A DNA stretch of 64,000 nt from the NCBI GenBank assembly GCA_963663025.1, contig OY760073.1:937354-1001353 (forward strand), written 5' to 3'. Below the pieces are notes generated by a model. It was given only the letters and a program-made list of their open reading frames with translations. It ran no database searches and was not told the origin of the DNA. The DNA is from Dehalococcoidia bacterium. Its GTDB lineage: Bacteria; Chloroflexota; Dehalococcoidia; Lucifugimonadales; JAGWBF01. The position numbers and the translations under genes are program-made. Below are positions 27,341-36,323 of the stretch, in pieces. Numbering within the stretch: the first letter of the stretch is position 1; the number at the start of each line of letters is the position of its first letter.

Positions 27341-28288
27341 ATGGGAACAATGGTAGGCTACGGCAATTTCGTCTACGAAACCCTGGAAGAGTGGGAGCAG
27401 CTTCCCGAGGGGTGGAGGCTCAAGGAGTGCCCCGGTGTGGCGGTGGACTCCCAAGACAACATATTCGTGCTTACCAGGGGTGAGCACCCCATCATAGTGT
27501 TCGACCGGGAGGGCAAGTTCCAGCGCTCCTTCGGGGAAGGCATGTTCAGCGAGAACCGCACCCATGGCCTGTACGTCGGCTACGACGATTCGGTCTGGGT
27601 AGCCGACGACGGACTGCACACCGTCCAGAAGTTCAACTCCAGGGGTGAGCGCCAGTTCGAGGTCGGCGAGCGCAACAGCCCGGCCCCCAAGTGGGGCGGG
27701 CAGCCCTTCAACCGCCCGACCTCGGCCGCCGTCCGCCCCAGCAATGGCGACATATACATCTCCGACGGCTACGGAAACGCCAGGATTCATGTGTACTCGG
27801 GAGAGGCCGAGTACAAGTTCTCCTGGGGAAGTTCAGGCATCGACCCGGGGCAGTTCATGCGTCCCCACAACATCGCCATCGACGACAACGACAACGTTTA
27901 CGTGGTGGACCGTGAGGCCCACCGGGTGCAGGTGTTCGATGCCGACGGTGAGTACAAGACCATGTGGAACAACATCCACCGCCCTGACGCCATGGTGCTG
28001 TGGGGCGACCACATATACATCGGCGAGCTCAACGGCATGGGAGGCCTGGACGATGCCCCCGGCCTGGGGCACAGGGTGGGCATCTACGACCTGCAAGGGA
28101 ACATGGTCTGCCGCTTCGGTGACCCCGAAGAAGGAGAAGGCCCGGGGCAGTTCATCGCACCCCACGGCATAGCAGTGGACTCCCATGGCGACATATACGT
28201 AGCCGAGGTTTCCTACACCATCCGCGGTTCCAAGATGGACCCTCCAAGGGAGCTGAAAAGCCTCCGAAAGTTCGTCCGCCAGTGGTAG
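27341..28288 (+). CDS. NHL-repeat beta-propeller protein (peptidyl-alpha-hydroxyglycine alpha-amidating lyase-like)
   Basis: Repeats such as FNRPTSAAV...IYISDGYGNARIHVY and GQFMRPHNIAIDDNDNVYVVDREAHRVQVF. I see no signal peptide. Confidence 0.75.
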   Translation: MGTMVGYGNFVYETLEEWEQLPEGWRLKECPGVAVDSQDNIFVLTRGEHPIIVFDREGKFQRSFGEGMFSENRTHGLYVGYDDSVWVADDGLHTVQKFNSRGERQFEVGERNSPAPKWGGQPFNRPTSAAVRPSNGDIYISDGYGNARIHVYSGEAEYKFSWGSSGIDPGQFMRPHNIAIDDNDNVYVVDREAHRVQVFDADGEYKTMWNNIHRPDAMVLWGDHIYIGELNGMGGLDDAPGLGHRVGIYDLQGNMVCRFGDPEEGEGPGQFIAPHGIAVDSHGDIYVAEVSYTIRGSKMDPPRELKSLRKFVRQW

Positions 28289-28358
28289 TTTAGGGGTTCT
28301 CCCTTCGTTGACGCCTATGGGGGTGGATGATAGGATGAGTCTCACCTGCAGCTAGGAG

Positions 28359-29777
28359 ATGCGCTTGGTCGGAATCAAGGCGTTCGGGGCATATGTGCCC
28401 CGGTACCGCCTGGGTAAAGAAACGTCCGGATGGGGCTCTTCGACGGAGAAGGCGGTCGCCAACTTCGACGAGGACAGCGTCACCATGGCCGTGGCCGCTG
28501 GCAGGAACTGCCTCAGAGGGATAGATCCACACGAGATCGACGGCCTGCTATTCGCCACAACTACGCCTCCCTACGCTGAGAAGCAGTGTTCGTCCATCAT
28601 TGCCACCGCCCTGGACCTGCGTAGAGAGATAAACACAGCTGACATAACTGGAGTGCTCCGGGCTGGGACCAGCAGCCTCAAGCTGGCTATGGATTCTGTA
28701 AGCGCAGGCTCTGCCAAACAGGTACTGGTCATAGCTGCCGATGCCCGCCTGGCCGGACCCAGGGGAGACCTGGAGCGAAATATGGGAGACGGCGCAGCGG
28801 CTGTCCTGATATCTGCCGACGGCAATGCTGCCGACCTGGAAGGCAGCTACTCCATCAGCGAGAACATGCTGGATATGTGGCGCTCCCAGGGCGACTCATT
28901 CGTCCGTACTTGGGAAGACCGGTTCATGACCGAGGAGGGCCTGGAACGCATCCTGCCCGACGCCGTCGCCGGCTTCATGGGCAAGCACAGCGTGAAGGCC
29001 GGGGACTTTGCCAAAGCTGTATTCCACTCCCCCGATGCTCGCCGGCACACCCAGCTGGGTCGGAGAATGGGGTTCTCGGAGGAGCAACTACAGGACCCCC
29101 TGTTCGGCAGCGTTGGAAACACCGGGGCGGCCCATCCCATCCTGGGACTTGTGGGAGCCCTGGAGGATGCACAACAGGGCGACCTTATTATGGTAGCCAG
29201 CTACGGAGACGGCAGTGACGTGATGTCTTTCCGGGCCAACGGCTCCGCCGGGGTCAATGGCGGCGCCACCCGCCTCACCGAGCTGATCGAGCGCAAGGTG
29301 CTTATATCCAGCTACGAGACCTATGCCCGCTGGCGGGACGTTTGGACCTCGGACGCCGCGGCCCGGCGTCCGGCGCCCGCGGTGCCCTCGGTGACGGCCC
29401 TGTGGCGGGAGTCGGACCAGAACATCCGCCTGTACGGGGCCAAGTGCACCAAGTGCCAGGCGATGCAGTACCCTCCCCAGAGGGTATGCACCATCTGCAT
29501 GGCGAAGGACTCCTCGGTGCCGGTCCGCCTGTCGGACAAGTCGGGTGAGGTGTACACCTACTCAATGGACTACATCGCCGGCACCACCGACGTCCCCCTC
29601 GTCGTGACCGTGGTCAACTTCGAGGGCGGCGGACGGATGCTTTGCATGATGACCGACAGGGAGCTGGATGAGGTGCAGGTAGGAATGCCCGTTGAGATGA
29701 CCTTCCGGAAGCTGCGGGTGGTCAATGGAATCCACAACTACTACTGGAAGTCTATGCCCAGGCGCAGCAACAATTAA
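28359..29777 (+). CDS. HMG-CoA synthase-like (thiolase-fold) domain fused to a DUF35 Zn-ribbon/OB-fold domain
   Basis: The N-terminal part (GIKAFGAYVPRYRL...NFDEDSVTMAV...VFHSPDARR) resembles HMGCS. The C-terminal part (CTKCQAMQYPPQRVCTICM...VVTVVNFEGGGRMLCMM...VGMPVEMTFRKL) is DUF35-like. Confidence 0.75.
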   Translation: MRLVGIKAFGAYVPRYRLGKETSGWGSSTEKAVANFDEDSVTMAVAAGRNCLRGIDPHEIDGLLFATTTPPYAEKQCSSIIATALDLRREINTADITGVLRAGTSSLKLAMDSVSAGSAKQVLVIAADARLAGPRGDLERNMGDGAAAVLISADGNAADLEGSYSISENMLDMWRSQGDSFVRTWEDRFMTEEGLERILPDAVAGFMGKHSVKAGDFAKAVFHSPDARRHTQLGRRMGFSEEQLQDPLFGSVGNTGAAHPILGLVGALEDAQQGDLIMVASYGDGSDVMSFRANGSAGVNGGATRLTELIERKVLISSYETYARWRDVWTSDAAARRPAPAVPSVTALWRESDQNIRLYGAKCTKCQAMQYPPQRVCTICMAKDSSVPVRLSDKSGEVYTYSMDYIAGTTDVPLVVTVVNFEGGGRMLCMMTDRELDEVQVGMPVEMTFRKLRVVNGIHNYYWKSMPRRSNN

Positions 29778-29800
29778 CATAAGCTTTGGAGGGGTAGATC

Positions 29801-30973
29801 GTGCAAGGAATAAAGGACAGGGTGGCCATAGTTGGCATGGGATGCACAAAGTTCGGGGAGCGTTGGGATGCCAGCGCCGCGGACTTGATGGTCGAAGCAG
29901 CCTATGAAGCTTATGAAGATGCGGGCATCGACCCCAAGGATATAGGCGCCGCATGGCTGGGGACCGTCCAGACCTTCAGGACGGGCCAGCCCCTGGCCCA
30001 AGCCCTGAAGCTGGACTATGTGCCCATCACCCGTGTGGAGAACGCCTGCGCCACAGCCACCGACGCATTTCGTAATGCCAGCTACGCGGTAGCTGCCGGC
30101 ATCTACGACATCGTGCTGGCTTTGGGAGTCGAAAAGCTCAAGGACTCGGGCTTTTCCGGCCTTGCCATATCCGAGGGTGTGGGCAGCGAGACGGCCCCCC
30201 CGACGCCTCCTCCTTCTCAGTTCGCCATGGCCGCGACCAGGTACTTCCACCACTACGGCATTCCCTACGAAGAAGGGAAGAAAGTCCTCGCCCAGATCGC
30301 GTCCAAGAACCACCACAACGGCACGCTGAACCCCAAGGCCCACTTCCAGCGAGAGGTTTCAGTGGACCAGGTGATGAACGCACCGATGGTAGCGTGGCCC
30401 CTTGGGCTGTTCGACTGCTGCGGCGTCAGCGACGGCGCTGCGGCGGCCATCATCACCACGCCGGAGATTGCCCGCACCCTGCGCCAGGACTATGTGCTGG
30501 TAAAGGCCCTGGGCCTGTCGGTGGGATCCTTCGGGGTTCTGCGGGACGACTGGGACTTCGTCCACTTCCCCGAGAATGTACGGGCCGGCCAGACCGCTTA
30601 CCAGGAGGCAGGCATTTCCAATCCAAGGGCGGAGATCGACCTGGCCTGCGTCCATGACTGCTTCACCATTACGGAGCTGGTCATTGCCGAGGACCTGGGG
30701 TTCAGCCCCAGGGGTCGAGGCCGGGAGGATGTGGAGGCGGGGAATTTCACCCTGGAGGGCGACCTGCCCATCAACACCGACGGCGGCTTGAAGTGCTTCG
30801 GCCATCCCATCGGCGCCAGCGGTATCCGCATGATCTACGAAGTATATAAGCAGCTTCAGGGCAAGGCGGGCGACCGCCAGCTCAAGAAGGCAGACCTGGG
30901 GCTCACCCACAACCTGGGAGGCAGGCCAGGTTCCTTCACCGCCGCCGTCGCGGTCTTCGGCCGGGAGAACTAG
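29801..30973 (+). CDS. thiolase (SCP-x / archaeal acetoacetyl-CoA thiolase type)
   Basis: VAIVGMGCTKFGE, the nucleophile context VENACATATDAF, and a C-terminal GGLKCFGHPIGASG. GTG start lies 6 nt after GGAGGGG. Confidence 0.85.
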   Translation: MQGIKDRVAIVGMGCTKFGERWDASAADLMVEAAYEAYEDAGIDPKDIGAAWLGTVQTFRTGQPLAQALKLDYVPITRVENACATATDAFRNASYAVAAGIYDIVLALGVEKLKDSGFSGLAISEGVGSETAPPTPPPSQFAMAATRYFHHYGIPYEEGKKVLAQIASKNHHNGTLNPKAHFQREVSVDQVMNAPMVAWPLGLFDCCGVSDGAAAAIITTPEIARTLRQDYVLVKALGLSVGSFGVLRDDWDFVHFPENVRAGQTAYQEAGISNPRAEIDLACVHDCFTITELVIAEDLGFSPRGRGREDVEAGNFTLEGDLPINTDGGLKCFGHPIGASGIRMIYEVYKQLQGKAGDRQLKKADLGLTHNLGGRPGSFTAAVAVFGREN

Positions 30974-31017
30974 CCCTAGCCCCTGTAGGGGCGTCTCCAA
31001 GCCTCAAAAGACATTGA

Positions 31018-31050
31018 GGGTGGTACCACATTGGTGGTGCCACCCTTTTT
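31018..31050 (+). terminator. rho-independent terminator after the thiolase
   Basis: GGGTGGTACCAC-ATTG-GTGGTGCCACCC (12 bp including one G:U pair) followed by TTTTT. Confidence 0.8.
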
Positions 31051-31294
31051 GATGGACCAGACACCGGCTAACTGGCTAGGCGTCGTCCCAGGCCACTTTG
31101 CACGAGTCTTTGCCTGACCCACGCGCCAGTCCAGGGCAATAAGTCAGCAGAGAATTGCCCTCCAGGGGCTAAAGTGGTATCACTCTTCATTTCGGCATCA
31201 TCCGGGGCCTCTCCGTCGATTTTGGAGGGGTCGGATTTTATGTCAAATAAAGCCCTGCTGTGAATTACATAACTTATGTTGTGCGAACCACCAA

Positions 31295-31320
31295 GAAAAA
31301 CCGAAAAGTGCACATTTCGG
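31295..31320 (-). terminator. rho-independent terminator after hflX
   Basis: On the minus strand, CCGAAA-TGTGCACT-TTTCGG is followed by TTTTTC, about 65 nt past the hflX stop. Confidence 0.6.
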
Positions 31321-31384
31321 AGGAGGGTGGATGCTTGGGGTCTTTAAGAGGGGCAGGAGTTCGTGGGGCGAGCAGCGCGGTTGA

Positions 31385-32551
31385 TCAGTTGTTCTGGTTG
31401 AGAGAGGCCGCCGTCGGCCTTAGCAATCCTTGCCCTGATAACTCGTCCTGGATCGTGTCCAGGAGAAGATCGAGGTTCCAGCCGCGGGCCGCAGACACCA
31501 GGGCGCTGGGCCGGCCCTCGGGGGTGGGGAACAGAGCGATGTCTTCTTGACCGGGCGCGGAGTCCAATAGGTCGATCTTGTTGATGGCAAGGATGGTGGG
31601 CTTGGAGTCCAGCCCCAGCTCGGCGAGGGTGTTCTCCACGATCTCGGTCTGCTCCGGGGCCCTGGGATGGGTGATGTTCACAACGTGCACCAGCAGGTCG
31701 GCCTCCTGGAGCTCCTCCAGGGTTGCGCGGAAAGCGGCCACCACAGTGGGAGGCAGTTTGTGGATGAAGCCCACGGTGTCGGTGATGAGGATCTGGTGCC
31801 CTCCGCTGAGCCATACCCGCCTGGTCACCGGGTCCAGGGTGGAGAAGAGCTGGTCTTGGGCCACGACCCCGGCGTCGCTCAGGCTGTTCAGCAGGGTGCT
31901 CTTGCCAGCGTTGGTGTAACCCACCAGCGCTACCACCCGCAGCCTGGCCTGCTTGCGGCGGCCCATGTAGGACTCGCGACGTCGCTTGACCTCCTGGAGC
32001 TGGCCCTCCAGTCTCTTGATGCGCTGGCGGATCAGCCTGCGGTCCGTCTCGAGCTGGGTCTCCCCTGGTCCCCTGGTTCCGATTCCTCCCCCCAGGCGTT
32101 CCAGGTGGGACCATTGGCCCACCAGCCGGGGAAGCAGGAACTGATGCTGGGCAAGCTCCACCTGCATCTGACCTTCCCGTGTCTTGGCATGTCGGGAAAA
32201 TATGTCAAGTATGAGAGCCGTCCGGTCTATCACCTTGACCTGGAGGGCGCCCTCCAGGTTCTTCTGCTGGTTGGGGGTTAGCTCATCGTCGAAGATAGCG
32301 ACGCTGCAGTCCTTCTTCTCGAGAAGGGACTTTATCTCCTCCAGCTTGCCTGGCCCGATGTAGTGGGAGGTCGGCTTGTCCAGGTGCTGGCCAACCCGGG
32401 AGATGACCTTGGCGCCGGCGGTCTCGGCCAGCATCGACAGCTCTGCCAGGGAGTCGTCCATAGACCAGAGGTTACTGCGCCCCTTCAGTTCCATGGAAAC
32501 CAGGAGGGCCCTTTCAGCGTGGGGACCGGTTTCAATGCTTCCTTTGGGTAT
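31385..32551 (-). CDS. hflX: GTPase HflX
   Basis: ERALLVSMELKG..., then the G motifs VALVGYTNAGKST, DTVGF and NKID. The only canonical start (ATG 32668) overlaps dapL by 107 nt and has no SD. I place the start at SD-positioned ATA 32551-32549, so the 5' end is uncertain. Confidence 0.85.
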   Translation of the reverse strand: MPKGSIETGPHAERALLVSMELKGRSNLWSMDDSLAELSMLAETAGAKVISRVGQHLDKPTSHYIGPGKLEEIKSLLEKKDCSVAIFDDELTPNQQKNLEGALQVKVIDRTALILDIFSRHAKTREGQMQVELAQHQFLLPRLVGQWSHLERLGGGIGTRGPGETQLETDRRLIRQRIKRLEGQLQEVKRRRESYMGRRKQARLRVVALVGYTNAGKSTLLNSLSDAGVVAQDQLFSTLDPVTRRVWLSGGHQILITDTVGFIHKLPPTVVAAFRATLEELQEADLLVHVVNITHPRAPEQTEIVENTLAELGLDSKPTILAINKIDLLDSAPGQEDIALFPTPEGRPSALVSAARGWNLDLLLDTIQDELSGQGLLRPTAASLNQNN

Positions 32552-32561
32552 GTTATGTCTC

Positions 32562-33740
32562 CTAGCCGCGGGATGGGGCTGGGATCTTCCAGGAAGCCAG
32601 CCTCTCCACGCCCTTGTCAACCTGCTCGTCCGGCGTGGTGAGCGAAAGGCGGATGTAGCCTTCGCCATACTGCCCGTAGCTGGACCCCGGCGTTACCACG
32701 ATGGCTGTTTCTTCCAGAAGCCTCTGGGCGAACTCGGCTGAAGTAAACCCTTCGGGAACCCGGGCCCATACGTACAGCGACGCCTGGGGAGGGATGACTC
32801 TCAAGCCGATTCGTTTCAGGACGTCGATGACTTTATCCCGGCGCCTCTGGTATATGTCGTTGTTTTCCTGGATGGGGTCCTGCGGGCCCAGCAGCGCTTC
32901 CATAGCCATCTCCTGGATGGCTTGGGGAATCCCCGAGTCCAGGTTGGCCTTGATCTGGAACAGGGCCTTGATCATGTCGGCATTGCCCACGGCCATGCCC
33001 ACGCGCCATCCCGTCATGTTGAAGCACTTGGAAAGGGAGTGGAACTCTATTCCAATATCCTTGGCGCCGGGCAGCTCCATGAAGCTCACAGCCCTGTACC
33101 TGTCGAACACCACCTCGCTGTATGCTGCGTCATGGAGAATCGCGATGTCATGCCGGCGGGCAAAGTCGATGACCTTCTCGTAGTAGTCCCGTTCGACCAC
33201 CGCTCCGGTGGGGTTGTTCGGGTAGTTCAGCCACATAACCTTGGCCCGGGCAGCTACTTCGGCGGGGATGGCATCCAGGTCGGGAAGCCAGCCGCTCTCT
33301 TCAGTCAATGGCATCTTGTAGCTCTCTGCGCCAGCGAACATGGTGCCCACGGCGTAAACGGGGTAGGCTGGATCGGGCACCAAGGCCACATCCCCCGGGT
33401 CCAGGTAGCAGAAGGCCGCGTGGCCGATGCCTTCCTTGGCCCCGATGAGGGGAAGCACCTCTTTGTCCGGGTCCAACCCCACACCGAATCGCCTCTCGTA
33501 CCAAGTGGCGATAGCTTGGCGCATAGCCGGAAGTCCATCGCTCTCAGGGTACCTATGGTTTGGCAGGTCGTGGGAGGCGGTGACCATCCGGTCGATTATG
33601 CGGCCCGGTGTGGGGATGTCCGGGTCACCAATGCCGAAGGTGACCACATCCTCTCCCGCCGCCCGCTTTTCGGCGATGATCCGGGATATCTCCACAAAGG
33701 GATAGGGCGCCAGCTTGCTCAGTCGGTCGGAGAACTTCAT
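32562..33740 (-). CDS. dapL: LL-diaminopimelate aminotransferase (class I/II aminotransferase)
   Basis: KLAPYPFVEISRI...GIGDPDIPTP...NYPNNPTG...SLSKCFNMTGWRVG, and it sits next to dapF. Confidence 0.8.
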   Translation of the reverse strand: MKFSDRLSKLAPYPFVEISRIIAEKRAAGEDVVTFGIGDPDIPTPGRIIDRMVTASHDLPNHRYPESDGLPAMRQAIATWYERRFGVGLDPDKEVLPLIGAKEGIGHAAFCYLDPGDVALVPDPAYPVYAVGTMFAGAESYKMPLTEESGWLPDLDAIPAEVAARAKVMWLNYPNNPTGAVVERDYYEKVIDFARRHDIAILHDAAYSEVVFDRYRAVSFMELPGAKDIGIEFHSLSKCFNMTGWRVGMAVGNADMIKALFQIKANLDSGIPQAIQEMAMEALLGPQDPIQENNDIYQRRRDKVIDVLKRIGLRVIPPQASLYVWARVPEGFTSAEFAQRLLEETAIVVTPGSSYGQYGEGYIRLSLTTPDEQVDKGVERLASWKIPAPSRG

Positions 33741-34426
33741 TGCACCTGCTCGTCTCTGGTAGGGATTCGGTTGTTCCTCTTCTGAAGAGGCATGGTTATG
33801 TTAACCCACACGTAGTGGTTAATCAGGGTGGCCAAGGTGAAGGGTTTATCGAAGCCGACATTGTGTGAGATGTGGGCAGCGGGATTGGCGATGCCCCGTT
33901 TCCCGGCATCGGCCAACACCTTCAGCGCCAGCTTCCGCATCTTGACCAGGTAGTCGGCGTAGTCGGGCGTCTTGTCGCTGTAGCCATAGACCTTGCGAAT
34001 TGGCACGTCCCACATCACGCAAAGCTGGGGCTGGATGACACCCAGGAACTTGGATGCCCCGGTGGGTCCGAAGTGCTTCACACGGCTGAGGCCCTCGAAC
34101 ACCTGCTGGACGGCGCCCAAGCAGTCACCTTCGAGAGTGTCACCCTCCAGCCTGACGTCCCGGAGCAAAGCGTTGATCCCTTTATGGCTGCACAGTACGT
34201 CCTCCAGCTCCGGAAGGGTGGTGTACCGGGTGCGGTTGCTCCACGAGTTGACGAACTTGGTGAGCTTTAGGACCGAATCTGCATCAGGGTCGGCGATCAG
34301 CTTATCCCTGAAGCAGGTCTTGTACACCTCTTCGTAGGAGGTGTTGTAACCCCTGGAGTGGTACTTGACCTCGGCCTTTTGCACCTTGGCCAGGGTGACT
34401 CGGGATAGCTGGGCTGGATTCACCAC
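33737..34426 (-). CDS. hypothetical protein embedded between dapF and dapL
   Basis: 229-codon ORF. GTG 34426/34423 overlaps the dapF stop (GTGA). Its own stop overlaps the dapL ATG (ATGA). Core motif: HFGPTGASKFLGVIQPQLCVMWD. Confidence 0.6.
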   Translation of the reverse strand: MVNPAQLSRVTLAKVQKAEVKYHSRGYNTSYEEVYKTCFRDKLIADPDADSVLKLTKFVNSWSNRTRYTTLPELEDVLCSHKGINALLRDVRLEGDTLEGDCLGAVQQVFEGLSRVKHFGPTGASKFLGVIQPQLCVMWDVPIRKVYGYSDKTPDYADYLVKMRKLALKVLADAGKRGIANPAAHISHNVGFDKPFTLATLINHYVWVNITMPLQKRNNRIPTRDEQVQ

Positions 34427-35271
34427 TCGCCGCTGAAGACCTCCTCAGCAGGCCCTTCCATGTACACCTCACCCGCACCGTCCCACTCGATGGTAAGGGT
34501 GCCGCCGGGAAGGGTTATTTCAATCTTGTCGCTGCCCAGGTCCATCAGCCTCGCCACGGCGGCAACGGCGGAGGCGCCGGACCCGCAGGCCATGGTTTCC
34601 CCTGACCCTCGCTCCCACACTCTTACCCTGGCGTGCCCAGGATCGATCAAGTTCACGATTTCAAAGTTGACACGCCGGGGGAACATGGGATGGTGTTCAA
34701 CCTGGGGTCCAATCCGGTGAAGGGGGTAGTCCTCTACGAGCCGCTCAATGAAGGCCACAGCGTGAGGGTTGCCCATGGATACGAAGCCGAGATCCAGGTG
34801 GCAGCCGTCGATGTCCAAGGGGTAGTCCACCACCGCATTTCCCAGGGTGCGCGTGGGTGGGCTATCCAGCAGCACCGGGACCTCAGCGGGATCGAACTTG
34901 GGATCTCCCATAGCGACCCGGGCTGCGACCACTCTTCCGCCCTTCATGCGGGGCACGATGGTCCGGACCCCAGCCAAGGTTTCGACGGTCAGGCCCGTCT
35001 GGCCGGGCTTGGCTATGTCCCGCTCGATGGCATACTTGACGAAGCAGCGTATGCCGTTGCCGCACATCTCCCCTTCGGATCCGTCGGCATTGAACATGCG
35101 CATCCGAAGGTCCGCCGTGTCCGAGTCCAGGACCAGGATTATCCCGTCGCCTCCGATGCCGAAGTGCCGGTCGCTCATGGCCCGGGACAAGGCAGGCCAG
35201 TCCTCGTCCATCTGGCGAGCATCTATGTAGATGTAGTCGTTGCCCGCCCCGTGCATCTTAGTGAACTTCAT
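34420..35271 (-). CDS. dapF: diaminopimelate epimerase
   Basis: MKFTKMHGAGNDYIYID...GNGIRCF...ETMACGSGASA, with both catalytic Cys contexts present. Confidence 0.92.
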   Translation of the reverse strand: MKFTKMHGAGNDYIYIDARQMDEDWPALSRAMSDRHFGIGGDGIILVLDSDTADLRMRMFNADGSEGEMCGNGIRCFVKYAIERDIAKPGQTGLTVETLAGVRTIVPRMKGGRVVAARVAMGDPKFDPAEVPVLLDSPPTRTLGNAVVDYPLDIDGCHLDLGFVSMGNPHAVAFIERLVEDYPLHRIGPQVEHHPMFPRRVNFEIVNLIDPGHARVRVWERGSGETMACGSGASAVAAVARLMDLGSDKIEITLPGGTLTIEWDGAGEVYMEGPAEEVFSGEW

Positions 35272-35295
35272 TGCTCGGCCACTTCCCTTTCAGGC

Positions 35296-36246
35296 CTATT
35301 CTAACACGGAGGTATCTTCCTGTTGCAAAAAGCCTCGCAGGACCTCCGTTGCCCGTGATTCCAGGTCGTCGCCAACGGTGAGCCAGGTGATGCGGGGGTC
35401 GTTTCGTCGGAACCAGGCATACTGGTGGCGGGCAAGACGGTGGGTGTTGTATTTGACCTGGAGGGCCGCCTCCTCAAGGGAGATTTTACCCTCTAGGTGG
35501 CTGATCACCTCCCGATAGCCTATGCCGGACATGCTGGAAAGTTTCGGAGAATACCCTGCCCCCAGCAATGCTTCCACCTCGGCCACCAGCCCCATGGCGA
35601 ACATCTCATCTACCCTGTCATCGATGCGTCGGTACAGGTCTTCCCTCGACGTGTCCAGACCCAGCACTCGGCAGTTGTACCGACCAGGCTGCCTGCTCCT
35701 CAACTCCGTTGCCGTCACGCCCGTAGCGTGGTAGATCTCCAGGGCCCGGACCACCCTGCGGACGTTTCGATAGTCGATCTTCTCCGCGCTTTCGGGGTCC
35801 AACTGCTTCAGCATGTTATGTAAAACCTCGGGGCCCTCGGTGGAGGCGATGCTTTCCAGATTCCGCCGGAGGTCTTCATCGGCTTTGATATGGGGCGCCT
35901 CCCAACCTTCCAGGAATCCCCAAAGGTACTGGCCCGTTCCCCCGGCCAGTATGGGAACCAAACCCCTGCCGTGGATATCAACCACCGCCGTCTCCGCCAT
36001 CTTTCGAAAGATGGCAAGACTGAACTCTTCATCGGGAGAGATGCAATCGACGAGGTGATGGGGCACTCGTGCCCGCTGTTCCGGCGTGGGTTTACAGGTG
36101 CCGATGTCCATAGAACGGTAGACCTGCCGGCTGTCCACGCTGACGACCTCGCCGCCGAATGTGCCCGCCAGGTGCAGGGCAAGGCTGCTCTTGCCGACGG
36201 CAGTCGGCCCGACGATGGCTATGAGAGGGAGATTATCCATTGGCAA
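35296..36246 (-). CDS. miaA: tRNA dimethylallyltransferase
   Basis: IVGPTAVGKSSLALHLA...VSVDSRQVYRSMDIGTCKPT...PHHLVD. Confidence 0.92.
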   Translation of the reverse strand: MPMDNLPLIAIVGPTAVGKSSLALHLAGTFGGEVVSVDSRQVYRSMDIGTCKPTPEQRARVPHHLVDCISPDEEFSLAIFRKMAETAVVDIHGRGLVPILAGGTGQYLWGFLEGWEAPHIKADEDLRRNLESIASTEGPEVLHNMLKQLDPESAEKIDYRNVRRVVRALEIYHATGVTATELRSRQPGRYNCRVLGLDTSREDLYRRIDDRVDEMFAMGLVAEVEALLGAGYSPKLSSMSGIGYREVISHLEGKISLEEAALQVKYNTHRLARHQYAWFRRNDPRITWLTVGDDLESRATEVLRGFLQQEDTSVLE

Positions 36247-36323
36247 GCAGGCTGTTCATACAATCTAATGGCCTACCCGCGTAGCTCTGGCCTTGAGTTT
36301 TTGAGGTGAGGGCCGCCCAGGTG

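Noticed and set aside
31068-31313. An 81-aa minus-strand ORF in the spacer between the thiolase and hflX.
   Set aside because: Its start lies inside the hflX terminator hairpin. It has no SD and no recognisable domain. The region is kept only as a possible sRNA or spacer finding.
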